64,000 nucleotides of DNA, taken from NCBI GenBank assembly GCA_026770705.1, contig JANJGN010000034.1, positions 3,968,001 to 4,032,000 on the forward strand, given 5' to 3'. Each line of letters opens with the position of its first letter. Position 1 is the first letter of the stretch. Shown in pieces: positions 49,484 to 62,829 of this stretch. The stretch comes from Isurus oxyrinchus (taxonomy: Eukaryota). The notes under the pieces are model-generated. The model saw only the letters and a program-made list of their open reading frames with translations. It had not been told where the DNA came from and ran no database searches. The position numbers were made by a program, and so were the translations under genes.

Positions 49484-50483
49484 AAACAAAAACATAATTA
49501 CCTGGAAAAACTCAGCACGTCTGGCAGCATCGGTGGAGAAGATGAGTTGATGTTTCGAACCTCATAATGCTTCCACAGAACTGAGAGATTAAAAAAAGAT
49601 GTGTGAAAGATAAGCTGGTTTAAGGTGGGGGGAGGGAGGGTGGGAGGAGAGAAGTAGTGGGGGCGAGTGGTATGGTTGTAGCAACAAGCAAATAGTGATA
49701 GGAGCAGATAATCAAATGATGTCACAGACAAAAGAACAAAAGAACACAAGGGCTGTTGAAGGTGGTGATATTATCTAAACTAATGTGCTAATTAGAAAAG
49801 GATGGTTAGGTACTTAAGGTACACCTCTAGTGAGGTTGGGGTGGAAAGACTACAGGGCATAAAAGATTTAAAAATAATGGAAATAGGTGGGAAAAAATCC
49901 ATTTAAATTATTGCAAAAAAACAAAAGAAGGGGGAAGAAACAGAAGGGGGTGGAGATGGAGGACAGAATTCAAGATCTAAAGTTGTTGAATTCAATATTC
50001 AGTCTGGAAGGCTGTAAAGTAAAGTGCCTAGTCAAAGGATGAGGTGTTGTTGCACCAGTTTGTGTGGGGCTTCACTGGAGCAATGCAGCAACCCATGGAC
50101 AGAACATATCAGCAAGAGAGCAGAGTGGAGTGTTAAAATGGTAAGCGACAGGGAGGTTTGCGTCTTTCTTGCAGACAGGCCGCAGGTGTTCTGCAAAGTG
50201 GTCCCTCAGTTTAAGTTTGGTCTCTCCAATGTGGAGGAGACCGAATTGAGAGCGAGGAATTCGGCAGACTAAGTTGGGGGAAATGCAAGCAAAATGCTGC
50301 TTCGCTTGAAAGGAGTTTTTGGGCCCTTGGACGGCGAGGAGAGAGAAAGTGAATGGTCAGGTGTTGTATCTTTCGAGTGGGCATGAAGAGGTGCTATAGG
50401 TAACGGTTGCGGAGTAGGGAGTGATGGAGGAGTGGAGCAGGGTTTCCCGGAGGGAATGATCTGTACGGAATGCCACCGGCAGT

Positions 50484-50520
<37 letters not shown>

Positions 50521-52348
50521 GTAATGGGAAGAAGTGTTTGGTCGTGGCATCATGCTGGAGTTCATGGCAATGGTGGAGGATGTTGCTTTGAATGCGGAGG
50601 CTGGTGCACTGATAAGTGAGGACAAGAGGACCCTATCATGTTTCTGGGAGGACGAGAAGGCGTGACGGCGGAAGTATGGGAGAGGGGCCGGACAAGGTTG
50701 AGGGCACTGTCAACGACCATGGGTAGAAAACCTCGGATAAGGAAGAAGGAGGATATGTCAGAGGACTGTTTCCGAATGTAGCATCATCAGAACAGATGTG
50801 ATGCACGCGATGGAACTGAGAGAACGAATGGAGTCCTTACAGGAAGCGGGGTGTGAGGAGCTGTATTCGAGATAGCTGTGGGTGTCAGTAGATTTGTAAT
50901 GGATATTGGTGGGCAGTCTATCACCAGAAATTGAGACAGAGTGTTCACGGAAGGGTTGGGAAGTGGCAGATATGGACCATGTGAAAATAATGAAGGGGTG
51001 GTGATTGGAAACAAAATGAATAAATGTTTCCAAGTCCCAACGAGAGCATGAAGCAGCACCAAAGTAATCATCGATGTACCGGAGAAGGAGCTGTGGAAGG
51101 GGGCCGGAGCAGGACTGGAACAAGGAATGTTCCACATACTCCATAAAGAGACAGGCATAACTAGGGCCCATGCGGGTACCCATAGCCGCACATTTTATTT
51201 GGAGGGAGTGAGAGGAGTTAAAGGAGAAATTGTTTAGCATGAGAACAAGTTCAGCCAGACAGTGGAGAGTAATTGTGGATGGGGATTGTTCGGGGCTCTG
51301 TTCGAGGAAGAAGCTAATGCCCCTCAGACCATCCTGGTGTGGGATGGGGGTGTAGAGGTATTGGACGACCATGGTAAAGTGGAAGCGGTTGGGGCCAGGG
51401 AAGTGGAAACTGTTTATGTGATTTAATGTGTCAGAGGAATCACGGATGTAGGTTAGAAGGGACTGGACATGAGGAGAGAGAAGGGTGTCATAATGAAAAA
51501 TGAGTTCCCTGGGACAGGAGCAAACTGACACTATCGGTGTACCAGGGCATTTCTCTTTATGAATTTTAGGTAGGTGGTAGAAGCGGGCTATCCGAGCTTG
51601 GGCGACTATCAGGTTGGAAGCTGTAGGAGGAAGATCTTCAGAGGTGATGAGGTCAGTGACAGTTCTGGAAACAACAGCATGATATTCATTGGTAGGGTCA
51701 TGGTCCAGGGCGAGGTAGGATGAAGTACCATGCGAGTTGACGCTCAGCCTCTGCGAAGTAGAGTTCAGTGCGCCAGACAACAACAGGGTGTAAACAACTT
51801 TAGATCTTGAACTCCCTCCTCCATCACCACCCCCTTTTCTCTTTCTTCCCCCTTCCTTTTGTTCTTTACAATAATTTATATAGATTTTTTTTATTTTCCC
51901 ACGTTTTCCCATTATTTTTTAAATGTGTTATGCCCTACCAGTCTTTCCACCCAACCCCCACTAGAGCTGTACCTTGAGTGCCCGACAATCCATTCTTAAG
52001 TACCACATTCATTTAGATAATATCACCACGTTCAAAACCTCTGTGTTCTTTTGTTCTTTTGTCTGTGACTTTTTTTGATTATCTGCTCCGATCACTGCTT
52101 GCTTATTCTTACAACCACACCACCCCTTCTCCCCCACTTCTCTTCCCCCACCCCACGCACCCCCCACCTTAAACGAGCTTATATTTCACCCATCTCCTTA
52201 TATTCAATCAGTTCTGTGGAAGGGTCATGATGACTCGAATTGTCAACTCTTTTCTTCCCCGCCGATGCTGCCGGATCTGATTAGTTTTTCAAGGTAATGC
52301 TGCTTTTGTTTTGGATTTCCAGCATCCGCAGTTTTTTTTTGTTTTTAT
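49484..52348 (-). mobile_element. Penelope-like retroelement (RT plus GIY-YIG), 5' truncated, with inverted pLTR copy
   Basis: ORF 50758-51912: AMGTRMGPSYACLFM and RYIDDYFG. GIY-YIG relic NLVCRI..LLHIGETK..FAEHLRSV (~50280-50170). 51790-52348 is an inverted copy of 49484-49990. G36 run at 50484-50519. Confidence 0.93.
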
Positions 52349-55049
52349 CATAGGTGGGCTTAAGGAGGTTTAGATGAGTTTCAAATTACATATTCTTTCC
52401 AATAACCTCACAGTATTGACGGCTCTGTCCTTCCAATATTTGTTTATGAATTGTATTGCTGAATGCGTTTCAAGCTCCTTTTCATTACTGCATGGTAAAT
52501 AGTAACGACTTTTGATCAGTTCGCATGTGGCCAAAAGAACTAAAATTACATACAACAGAACACAACAGGGAGGAGTGGGTATGGGGTGTCTGTCCTTGGC
52601 ATGGTGGGCTTGGGGAGCACTCAGAAGGCCGCAAATGGAAATGCTTTAGTTGGTTCTGTGCTTTGAGCAGTGCATGTTCCAATTTGCCATTCTAACTTGA
52701 CGCAACAATTAGAAGTAAATCTCATTCAGATGGAAGCCGCATTGATGTAACTCGAGGAATATTCTGGACAGAATGGAGGAAAATAATGAGAATTACATTC
52801 TATGGCACAGAAATTGCTATCACACTCAATGCCTTGCCACTCATTCATTATGATTGCACTTGCTTTCCCAGAACTCAACATACTGAAGCAGCTGAATGAT
52901 AAAAAAGGTGAACTAATACCTACTTCTTGTGGTTTTCCATTGCCAAGTAAAGCGTCTAATTGGGCATTGCATCAACCGATCGATTGGCCGCACAATTGCC
53001 TGTGAATCCCATGTTTTAATTTAAAGCTCAACTGCAGACAATGCAGGATAAACCGCTAACTATTCTTCTAGTGCTAAGGCCCAGCAAAAATAGCTACGGA
53101 GGAAATGTTACCTTTTAAAGAGACATATACCTTTGGCACCGTCCGCCTTTCAGAATGATCTAAGTGTCCCAGTAACAAATTTTGAAAAATATCAGAGGAA
53201 CTTTTCCGCATCGTTCTGGTTAATGTCTAACAAAAGTCGCCAGTTAGGTTCAATCGTTATCTCAACAATACTTGGTAGCCGCCAGAACCAAAGTGAGTTG
53301 CTGTCTGAGCTTTTTGTCTTCACCTATCATGACAGGTAACAAGATTACCAAATTTGCAAGGAACATGTCACACTGCTTGAATAAAAGTAGTTCTGATTGG
53401 TTTGCAAGTGGACTCTAATTTTTAGAGGTGGTGTCATAGAAAATTCATCAGGAAAAACCTAATGGCCAAGATTGTGTTTGATGTCAAACCACGCAGCTCG
53501 ATCTGATTGGGCAAGGCATTGCCTTAGGGAATGCACCAGGGACTGGATATCGCTGAAGCTTTTGTTCATCTGAATTAAGCCGCAATGCATGCACATGCTC
53601 CATCTGTGCGCAAAGGAGAGGGCCCTGAGTCTGGAATAAAAATGTAGCAGAGTTACGGGCTCTTGAAGAAATATATAATCTCGGAGAGGTCCCTGCTTTT
53701 AAAGTATTAATAGCTTTAAAAAGTATTTGCGGTGAACACCAACATAGATTCGGCATGAGTTTGTTATATTTACACAGCAACAGTCCGAATATTGAACCCA
53801 TTCACCTTATCAAAATATTGTAAATTTATTGTCTGCAAATCCTGAAAAAATCACGTAATTATAAGCGACAAAACGGAACTTTCGGTTTTAAATAGGCTGC
53901 ACTTTATTCGCACATTCAATATCTATATTTTATTTTCAGACGACATCATTCAACAGAAGGAAGCAGGTAAGTTACACGGAGCATTCTGGTACAGGTTCCT
54001 TTATTAAGGCGCGGCAAATGTATGGAAATTTTGACTGTTCTGTAGGCTTGAAAGGTTTATCGTTAAATAAAATGTGCAATTGCGGCTTGACATAAATAAT
54101 ACTGCTGAAGTAATCTGCGTTGCAGCATTAAATAATAAATGTATGAGTGATATATTAATGTTCGGAACTAGTTGGCTATTGTCAGTCCGCTTTTTTTTAA
54201 TTGGGTATTTAGGAAGTAAATTCAAATGGACTGCATTAAATCCGTCTCCCGTTACAGGCCCACTGTGATCCCGTTTCTGTGCCTTCGATCGAAATTATTG
54301 CAGATATAATTATTACAGAGGTAGCAAGCAAAGGATCTAATTCTGCATTTATAACCCATAAACTGAGAGGAATTTCTGCTTATGTGTATACACACAGACC
54401 AAGGACGGTGTGTATAGATAAATGGCAAACATGGTATCGCACTATGCTTGAAACATAAGATACACTGTTCTACTGAAATAAGGGATAATGCCTATAAGTC
54501 ACTTTTGATATGACACTGACTTGTTCACTGAAGTGCATTCATCATGTTATGCTTGCTCTAGGAAATTAAAAGTCAGATCACCGGACTTCGTTTTACTTGT
54601 TTTTTGATAATCTTTTCCATTCCTAAGTAAAATAATTAAATATATGCATTTCCTTAAATAACTGGAAGCTATGTTATTACCTCTTTATTTGCGTTTGCCT
54701 GAAACTAAATTAGAATACCGCCTCTTCAAAAGCCGTCGGAATCATCTGACTCCATGAAAACCGAAAGGCTGTTTTTTTTTATTCTCTTTCCTAATACATG
54801 CTCAAGGTGCTTTTTTAATTGCCATGTTTCAATTGTGAATTCTTCAGGGCTTGGGTATGGCTAGGAAAAAGGCATGCTATTGAAAATTCGCCAGGAAACA
54901 CGGAAGATTACCATTAATTCAAAAGGTCGAACAATAGATATAACATGAGAGTGGGGTGAGGATTAGTTTTCGAGTTAAGTCTAATTGCTTGAGACAGTGC
55001 TACGGAGAATGCACCAGTAAAAACCTGATCCAATATGTTTTTTTTTAAA

Positions 55050-57850
55050 GGTACAATTCCTGGACATATGTTGCTATGATTGGTGGGGAACGGGTTGTGG
55101 TGCGGGGCATCAACGTAAAATGTGGCGAGCCTTTCAAAACTCCATTCACTTCACCTGACCCGTAACATCCTGCCACCATGAAATCACATGACCTTAATCT
55201 TGGGCGGGCCTGGCCTTGGACGGAATCGCCTCAGTTGGGAAGGCCGGAATTACTCCAAATGAGGACCTAAAATTTCTGAAGTGGGGAACACAGCGCACCA
55301 CGCCCGCCTCAACCACTACCACCCATCACCAAACGCCATCCCCCTATGCCCCAGTGACGTCCGGACTTCCCACTATCAAGGACTCTCATCCTTGTTCCCC
55401 AAACAGGATTGCGTTTTACCACTCACTGGGGCACTCCCTCCTCCAGAAGATTAAATTAATTGAACTGGCCCACTAGTTCTAAGTAATCTCTGACCTTTTA
55501 TTCAACGTGCTTCCATTTCCACTGCGACCCCACCCCAACACCCTCAATGCCACAGACAACAAGTTATCACACCTGGTCTATTACATTATGATGATTCACA
55601 ATTTTAAGGGTCGCTGTTAGGTAACTCTCAAATTTCTCTAGGTCATGCGTGAAAAACTGCAGCCTGCACAATATATTATGAATCCTAGGAATTCACGCTT
55701 CTTGTATTATCCTCCCAATGTTACATTTCCCTCATTTCTCCCTGGCCAATGAATACTTATCTATTAGGAAAGCAGAGCTGTTAGCAAATTACTTGAATCC
55801 CTGCTGAGCTCATCACATTTTCAATATATCGCTGAGCCTTTCATATGTAACCACTTGTAAATATACCACATAACTACATTTTCTTTTTAAATTTCTGTTT
55901 GTGTCGTTGCATGTTGCAAATTTGGCATTTTAAGTATTTTCTTGAGTCGAGGAGTAATTACAATGATCAGTACCTTCGGGAGCATTGATTTCAGTTCTTC
56001 AGGTAGCATGGGTGTTAACTTTTGAACATGCAACTGCAGCATGCTGAATGGCATTATACGTGCAATTAGTAATAACTTAACTTGTGCTTCCGTTGATTTC
56101 AAATCTCGATGGTTGAACAAATTGAACGTTTCAAAATAACAATCGCCTATATGTATCAGCGTAATAATAGCACAGTAATGTGAATGACAAACATCTGAAA
56201 TTTAAAGAAGGAAGGGCTGGAAGAAATCATCAGGTGTGGGAGCATCTGTGAAGAGAAAATCGATGTCTACTGTAACAGTTCGTGTGACTCTGCGTCAGAG
56301 CTGTTCCGAAGAAGAGTCATGTGGACCCGAAATGGTTAATATATTTCTTTCTTCATAGATGCTGCCAGGCCTGTTTTTTTCTTCTACTATCTCCTGCTGA
56401 CCTCTATGGAGAAGCGTATTGTGCTTCTCTGTGAGAATAAGGAGAAAGTTGAGAAAATAATAATTAACCTCTTGTCAGCTCAATCCTCTCTCCTACATCT
56501 GAGGCACATATGATGAATTATCTCGTCTTGTGGTACAGTTCCATTATTGACTTGATGGTCATGGAACATGCAATGATAACGTGGCCAACAGGTTGATGAT
56601 CAGCTTGTAAATCTTCCATGCACCTGACAGCAGGCAGGTTGGTAGGTAGGTGGGAGGGGAGTGTTGAATGTTTCCTGTCAACCATACTGCAGATGTCAAC
56701 GGCAAGCAACACTGCAATGCCAAGAAAAATCATCGGCTTATCCAATTGAAATCCATGGTCAACCACGGCCACCTAGGACATGGCTTCTGATGATTGCAGG
56801 GGATAATGAATAGAGAGAAGTATTGAGGAGGGAAATGAGAATTACAAAGCAACATGAGGCCACAATTACAGTTAACATTGAAGAAAGGTCAAACAACTAC
56901 TTGAATAATCAACAGCGTTTCAGTTGCCCTCCTAATAAATTGCTGTACATGCCTACTGACTTTCTGTATGCACCAGGGCACCCAGATTCCACTGTACCAT
57001 TGAGTCTATCAATTGAATCCCATTACATAGTTCACTGTCTTTCTATTCGTCTTGCAAACGTGTTGAATATCAAACTTTTTGCAGATAATTCCAACCATAT
57101 AAACGTTTGGAAAATCAAATAAACTGGTTATGTGCCTTTTACCGATTCTTTATTTCCTCTTCAGAACTTACTTTTCTATCTATCTTGATGTCATCAAGAA
57201 GTTTAGCTTCCACACCTTCTTTTCGTTCATTAAAGTAATGAAGTTGATTGTACATTGTTCAGGTCGCTGCATGGATTACTGTGGACATTTAAACTATCCA
57301 GCTTTCCATCGCAATATATAAACATTTATCTATGCAATCTGCTTCGTGTTATCTAAGAATTCCTTTACACATTCTAATTTGTTACATTGTGCAAAAACTT
57401 TTCTTATCAGTGCAGCAAGCTTTAATGCTGCATCATATCAAATGCTTCTTGAAGTTCTTCATATCTCCATTTGATCAATAATTCTTCTCCTGCCCTCAAA
57501 CAAAAACAATACAAAGGAATCTAAAATTTTGCTGTGACAATGATCGGATAATTTGGCTGCCTCCTAGCCCATTCTTAAATAACGGTGCTGTCATCCATAT
57601 TTCCTAATACTTCGGCTCCCTTCCAGGATCTAAAGAAATTTTGAAGATTATAGACAATGCGTCCACTATTTGGGCAGCCACTTAGTTACCGACACTTGAA
57701 GCAGGCCATTTGTGCATTTGTCAGCTTTTAGACTAAATTAATTAACAAACACCTTTTGACGTGTGGTATTTTAGCTTCCTCGCTCCCTTTCGCTTATTTG
57801 TGTTAAAATATTTTTGGAAAGATTAATATGTCTTCTTTGTTGCACCAAGG
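55050..57850. mobile_element. Cluster of decayed repeats (CR1 minus-strand pieces ~55600-56170 and ~56850-57850; hairpin pLTR ~56170-56400)
   Basis: CR1-like RT text on the minus strand; pLTR core CCGAAGAAGAGTC..GACCCGAAA at 56306-56332. Confidence 0.55.
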
Positions 57851-58049
57851 CTAAATAATCCAGGGTAGATATTGTACATTAGTTAAGGAAATGTATATGT
57901 TTTGTCAGATATGAAACATTGCCAAAATTAATGTGGTACCAATGTCAATGTAATCAGAATTGTTTCAGACTAACGCAAATGTAAACATTACTGACTGTTA
58001 CTGGCCTTAGGTTTTTATTCTGTCACTATTTTTCCTTCCTCTGCACAAT

Positions 58050-59450
58050 TTTGTGGACAGAAATTTGAAGCTGAATTCACAAAGCCAATTTACATTCATA
58101 CAGTGCACTTTACACAGCTAAACATGCCAATGTGCTTTGCGGGGACAGAATGGGTTAATACTTCTACAGCACATTGGGAAACAAAAGGGCAGATACTGGG
58201 CGCCTTGTTCAAGAGAGATATTTTGAATTAGACTCTTTGAAATTGTTGAAGAAAAAACAGATAGATGTCCACGTTTGGCGGTTTTAATTTCAGTATTTAG
58301 GAAATTGGAGCCTGTAGGCACTACTACAGTGGTGTCGTGGTGAAGAACGGGGACATGCAATGGGAGTCTATCGGTCGTTCTGTATTGATATCAGAAATTG
58401 TAATTACGATGGACAACTGGAGGTATTATGCACCATAGTTTATCAAGGCAAAATATTAGAAATACATGCATAAACTACAGAAGGTTGACCACTTTTTCAA
58501 GAAAAAACTTGCATTCTACAGGAAATTAATGCTGGGGTTACAACCGATTTAGCACAGTAAATTAAGTAAAGAAAATGTAACTAGTTATTCCATTTTATTT
58601 TTTTGTGTTGCAAGTTTTGAAACAGTTGATTCATAGAAATATTGATACCAATGTGCAGATGAAATAGAAAGCAGCATTTGCAAATTTCTTAAAATCTAAT
58701 TATAAGTTGAAGCAAAAGAAGAAAATGAACTATGAATTCACTTGATTTACCTTATTTTGATTAACAATTCCGCTTGTGTTACAATATCATGCTTAGTATG
58801 TATTTCCATTGTGCCACTCCTACTTTAGAGATAACGTTACTCGAGAAGTAAAGAGTGAAGGACATTGGTCATTATCCTCAACATGGCCGTCTTTATTCAG
58901 TGAGCTGGGCAGGAGCTTTTTAATTCATACTCTCATAGAAGGGAAATATTTATGAGTTAGATAAAGGCATGTTCTTAATTGTCGCCTGATGGAAAAATAC
59001 TAATTAAGGCCTGTGTGGTAGACCTTCCTGTCTATATTGAAATGGAAAGTTGCACCTGTGATATATATATCAGGATGGTTATGCAAGGACCTTGGATATT
59101 GGCTGTCAGATATGAGACATGAGTTTGGATATTGTAAAACGAAGATTAAAAAAGTCGTCGAGACAGCCTTACTAATGTGGGTACAAAGAAGCCCCCTCAG
59201 AAGGATGGAGAGCATTACCGGGTGTCCTGGACAGCACATATTGTTTCCGACCCCTGCACCTAGATCAGCAAAGCTTTTCTCCACGCCTAATTTTATCAAT
59301 TTGCCACTTTTCTATAATGGTTCGGTGCAGCTGAGTAGCCTGTTATTCTTCTTCAGAAGAAGGATTCGAGGCTGAGGTGTTTTATGCTTGGCTATCCAAA
59401 AACGCTTAGTCGAGTCACACAATTGACTTACTCATGTGGTTCCCAATATG
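58050..59450 (-). pseudogene. UL32: DNA packaging protein UL32 relic
   Basis: LLCTHISKAVSTTFLI; CSLC (58479-58468; cf. CxLC); YLPFCFPMC (FCFPMC 58186-58169; cf. YKHFFCDPxC). Confidence 0.7.
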
Positions 59451-59599
59451 AGAGGTGAAGTTTTTCAGAAAATTGGCTCCACTCCACCTGTCATTAAGAA
59501 AAATGACTAACGACACTGGATGCAGCAAAGGCGATGGACAGTGAAAACATTGCAGCCTTGCTATTAGGGTTTGTGCTCCATCACTAAAAACAGAAATAA

Positions 59600-59880
59600 A
59601 AAAAAACTGCTCCAGTTCAGTAACAAACTGGAAAATGGCGAAGAATGTTTAAAATTTACATGGTTTATTTTCTCCTGCAAACAAATAACCGGGCAAATAA
59701 ATCTGGCATTTCGGTGGAGAATCAAATTTACCCACATTTACTGCAAATCTATCGAATTTGTGCCATCCAAAATCAAAATAACAGCAATAACCTTCCCGAC
59801 AATGCAAAGTCTAGGTTCGCTCAGGGCTACTCAACAGCAGCATAATTGGAGGCTTGGCATAAGTGTCAGGAAATAGGCCC
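59600..59880 (+). pseudogene. UL33: Terminase small subunit relic
   Basis: ITFPT/NAK/LGSLRATQQ (from ~59787; cf. VFPTTDAKLNYLSRTQR); divergent from UL32. Confidence 0.65.
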
Positions 59881-59899
59881 CCATTCTCCCGTTTAGCTT

Positions 59900-61000
59900 C
59901 GGGATAAGATCTTAAATATCAAGGAAACAATTGATCTAGTATGCCACAAAGGAGTCCCAGGGATATTCAGTTCAATGGGAACCAGGGAGAAAGATTTACA
60001 TTAGTTGGACTCATACCTCGTACAACAGAACATGATTTTTCATATTAACTTTCTTTTGGTACATTCATCTCTACCTCGGTGCATCAAAGCACGCATTTTT
60101 GGTGCTGGGCCCTCGGCCATGCCATCTTTGGCTGGTTCATTAATGATGTTATAATTTCATAAGTGTCGTTGTTTGCTCGTGACTGCACTTTGTTCATCAA
60201 CATTAAAGACTCCAGAGATGCTAGAAAGCCATTCCAACATGTTGAAAAACAGCAGGACAGACATTCCGGCTTGAGCTGATAAGTAACACGTATTATGTGT
60301 GCTAGACAACTTCCAGGCAATGACCATTTGGAGAATGATCGCGTTTTATCATCTCCTCTTGCCATTCAAAAGCATTAGCATTGAAAAACGCCCCACCCAC
60401 AATAAGTTTGTTGCTAGCATTGACGAAGAAGTAAATGGGATCACGCGTTTCCTAAAATAGCTCAAATAACAAACCAGGTGAGGAATAGTATTCTTTGAGT
60501 GAATAAGGCCTTGATCAAAGCCTGTCCAACACTGACGAGGAATCATTTATGTGCATGGACGTTTATTCCCTCTTCCAATGGATGTGTATAGCTTCAAAGA
60601 AAAAGTTTGCTGCCATGCAGCCGAAAGCAGCATGGTTGCTTGGCAACCCATATACTACCATGAATATTCTATCCACCTATCTGCGACTGACGGTGGCAGA
60701 AAAATGTAACATATACCTAGTGTACTGCGCCTCAGCAATCCTGTTTGTTCGGCGCCTTATAAACACATGATGTCTTCCATCTCGATTGTCAGGGAAAGCA
60801 GATGAATGGAAAGACTGACAGCTGCAATTCCCACTGTCAACCAAAAACGAAGCTTGGAGCTCTACTCTTGATTGGACTGCGTTATTGGATGAAACTTGAA
60901 ACATCGCACAAATTGTCCCACTTGCATTATATGGACTGCAGTGGCCCAATAACACAACACCGCATTACATTGACAATTACATATGACGTCCAGCATCTCA
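59900..61000 (+). mobile_element. Shark L2/CR1-group LINE fragment
   Basis: RT-tail sequence of the family at 22625-25650. Confidence 0.7.
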
Positions 61001-61009
61001 GGAAGATGA

Positions 61010-62135
61010 ATCATACATATAGATTGAAATCTGAACCAAAAGTTACAATTGCTGTAAAAACTCAGCATTTCTGAGAGAATCTATGGGAAGGCTAAGATAT
61101 TTTTTCGAATTTCAGGAACATATGAATATTGCTCAGAAGTGAAGAGAATTAGAAATCTAGTGAAGTACAAGCTGTGTAAGGGATTGGGACATGTGGAGCT
61201 GGATGGAAGGCCAGTGATAAGTGGAAGCAAAGGCAAAATTGCGAAACATGTATTAAGCAAAATGCCAAAGGCATGTTGGCAGTGATGATATTAGCAAAAG
61301 GATGTGTTAATGGTGACATTAACGAGACAAAACAGGATGAGCGAGTGACTGATGGCCCTCGTGGGTGTGGGATGGGGGGATGCGATCGAAATAGGCTTAA
61401 TGGTAGCGATAAAACAATCGATGGAAATGAATTTAAAAAATTACAAAAGAAATAGTTGTGAAAAGAAAAATATGTCTTATAAAAATATACAAATTTTTAG
61501 AAAAATGCCTGTCAAAAAGGGCGTGCGGATGGAGGACAGAGTTCATGATATGAAGTTGCTGAACTCAATATTGAGTCCGGTTGGCTGTATAGTGCTTGCT
61601 CGGGAGCTGAAGTGCTGTTGCACCTGTTTGCATCTCGCTTCACTACAACATTGCAGGAGGCCATGGGAGACAGGTGGGCATCTGAGCAGGGTAGCATGTT
61701 GAAATGGAAAGTGGCAGGGTTGTCTGGTCATGCTTGTGAACAATGAAAGGAGTTCAGCCAAGTGGTCACCTAGTATGCGTCTGGTCTCTCCAAGATGGGA
61801 ATAGTGGACCACATTGGCAGCAGTGAATGCAATAGACTATAGTTAGATTAGTACAAGTGATGGATTCTTTCACTTGAAAGTATTGTTTGTGCCCTGGAAC
61901 TTTCAGGAGGTATGATGTTACGGGGCCTGTGTTGCACCTTCTGCGGTTGCATGGGCAGGTGCCGAGAGAGGGGTTGAGGTGTAGAGGATGATGGAGGTTT
62001 GGACCACGGTCTCCCAGAGGGAACGTTCCCTATGGAATGCCGAAATTTGGGGTAAAGGGAAAGGTGTGTTTGGTGGTGGCATCATGCGGGAGTTGGCAGA
62101 AATGGCGGAGGATGACCGTTTAAATTTGCAGGTTA
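61010..62135 (-). mobile_element. Penelope-like element 3' fragment (GIY-YIG plus pLTR)
   Basis: HLGETRRILGDHLAELL..QPTGLNIEFSNFIS. Confidence 0.85.
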
Positions 62136-62289
62136 CTTGTGATTTCTTTTAAATCACTGGAATGAACGTCTGGTGAACGTGTTGTCCTATAACAGCTAAT
62201 TGATGGAAAGTGCCTGTACTCTCTATTTAATAAACGAATGTCAGCTGACCTTATTGCAACTTTTAACATTTTCAGCGTGTTTTGCAACA

Positions 62290-62815
62290 TCTACATTGAT
62301 ACGTTATAGCCATCGTTTGGCTTGATTGCAGCTCAGCATATATCAAGAAGCTCGAAACTATCTAAGACGATGCAGGCCACTTGATTGGCATCCCTTGTGC
62401 ATGCATTCACTCCGACCACCACCTTGGTACTGCAGCAGCAGTGTTCACTATCTACAAGATGCATTGCAAAATCTAACGAAGGCTTTTTAGTCAACACCGT
62501 TTAGAACCACGTGTGCAAGCAACTAGCAGGACAAGGGCTGCAGATACTTTTGAACAGAGCCAAATGTAGATCCTCCTCCAAGTTGCTCACCATGCTGACT
62601 TCAAAATATATTGCCGTGCCGTCACTGTCACTGAAACAACATCCTGAAAAAAAACCTTCCTACAAGCATTGTGGGTTCACCTATGCCACACAGGCTGCAG
62701 CGTTTCAAGATGTCAGCTCACCAACACCTTCCCAATGGAAGATATGGATTGGCAATTACTGATTGACCGCGGCCGTGATATTGACACCACAAGAATGAGT
62801 AATAAAGCAGAGGGA
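62290..62815 (+). mobile_element. Shark L2/CR1-group LINE 3' tail
   Basis: CTATCTACAAGATGCATTGC..CAGCGTTTCAAGATGTCAGCTCACC..AATAAA tail. Confidence 0.75.
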
Positions 62816-62829
62816 GCCTAATGAAGTCA

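Larger units (their letters stand above)
44340..54830 (+). pseudogene. UL19: Major capsid protein relic in pieces ~44340-45170, 45380-46400, 52350-53150, 53630-54830
   Basis: LYRSLFSLHVTYCNVL (YCNVL 44480-44494; cf. LYDVEFDALLGSYCNTL); LIAR (44624-44635; cf. PLIARDG); LEEIYNLGEVPAF (53662-53700; cf. LHKIYYYVLVPAF); FITHKLRG (54348-54371); FF..PNTCSRC (cf. YF..CNPRGRA). Confidence 0.82.
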
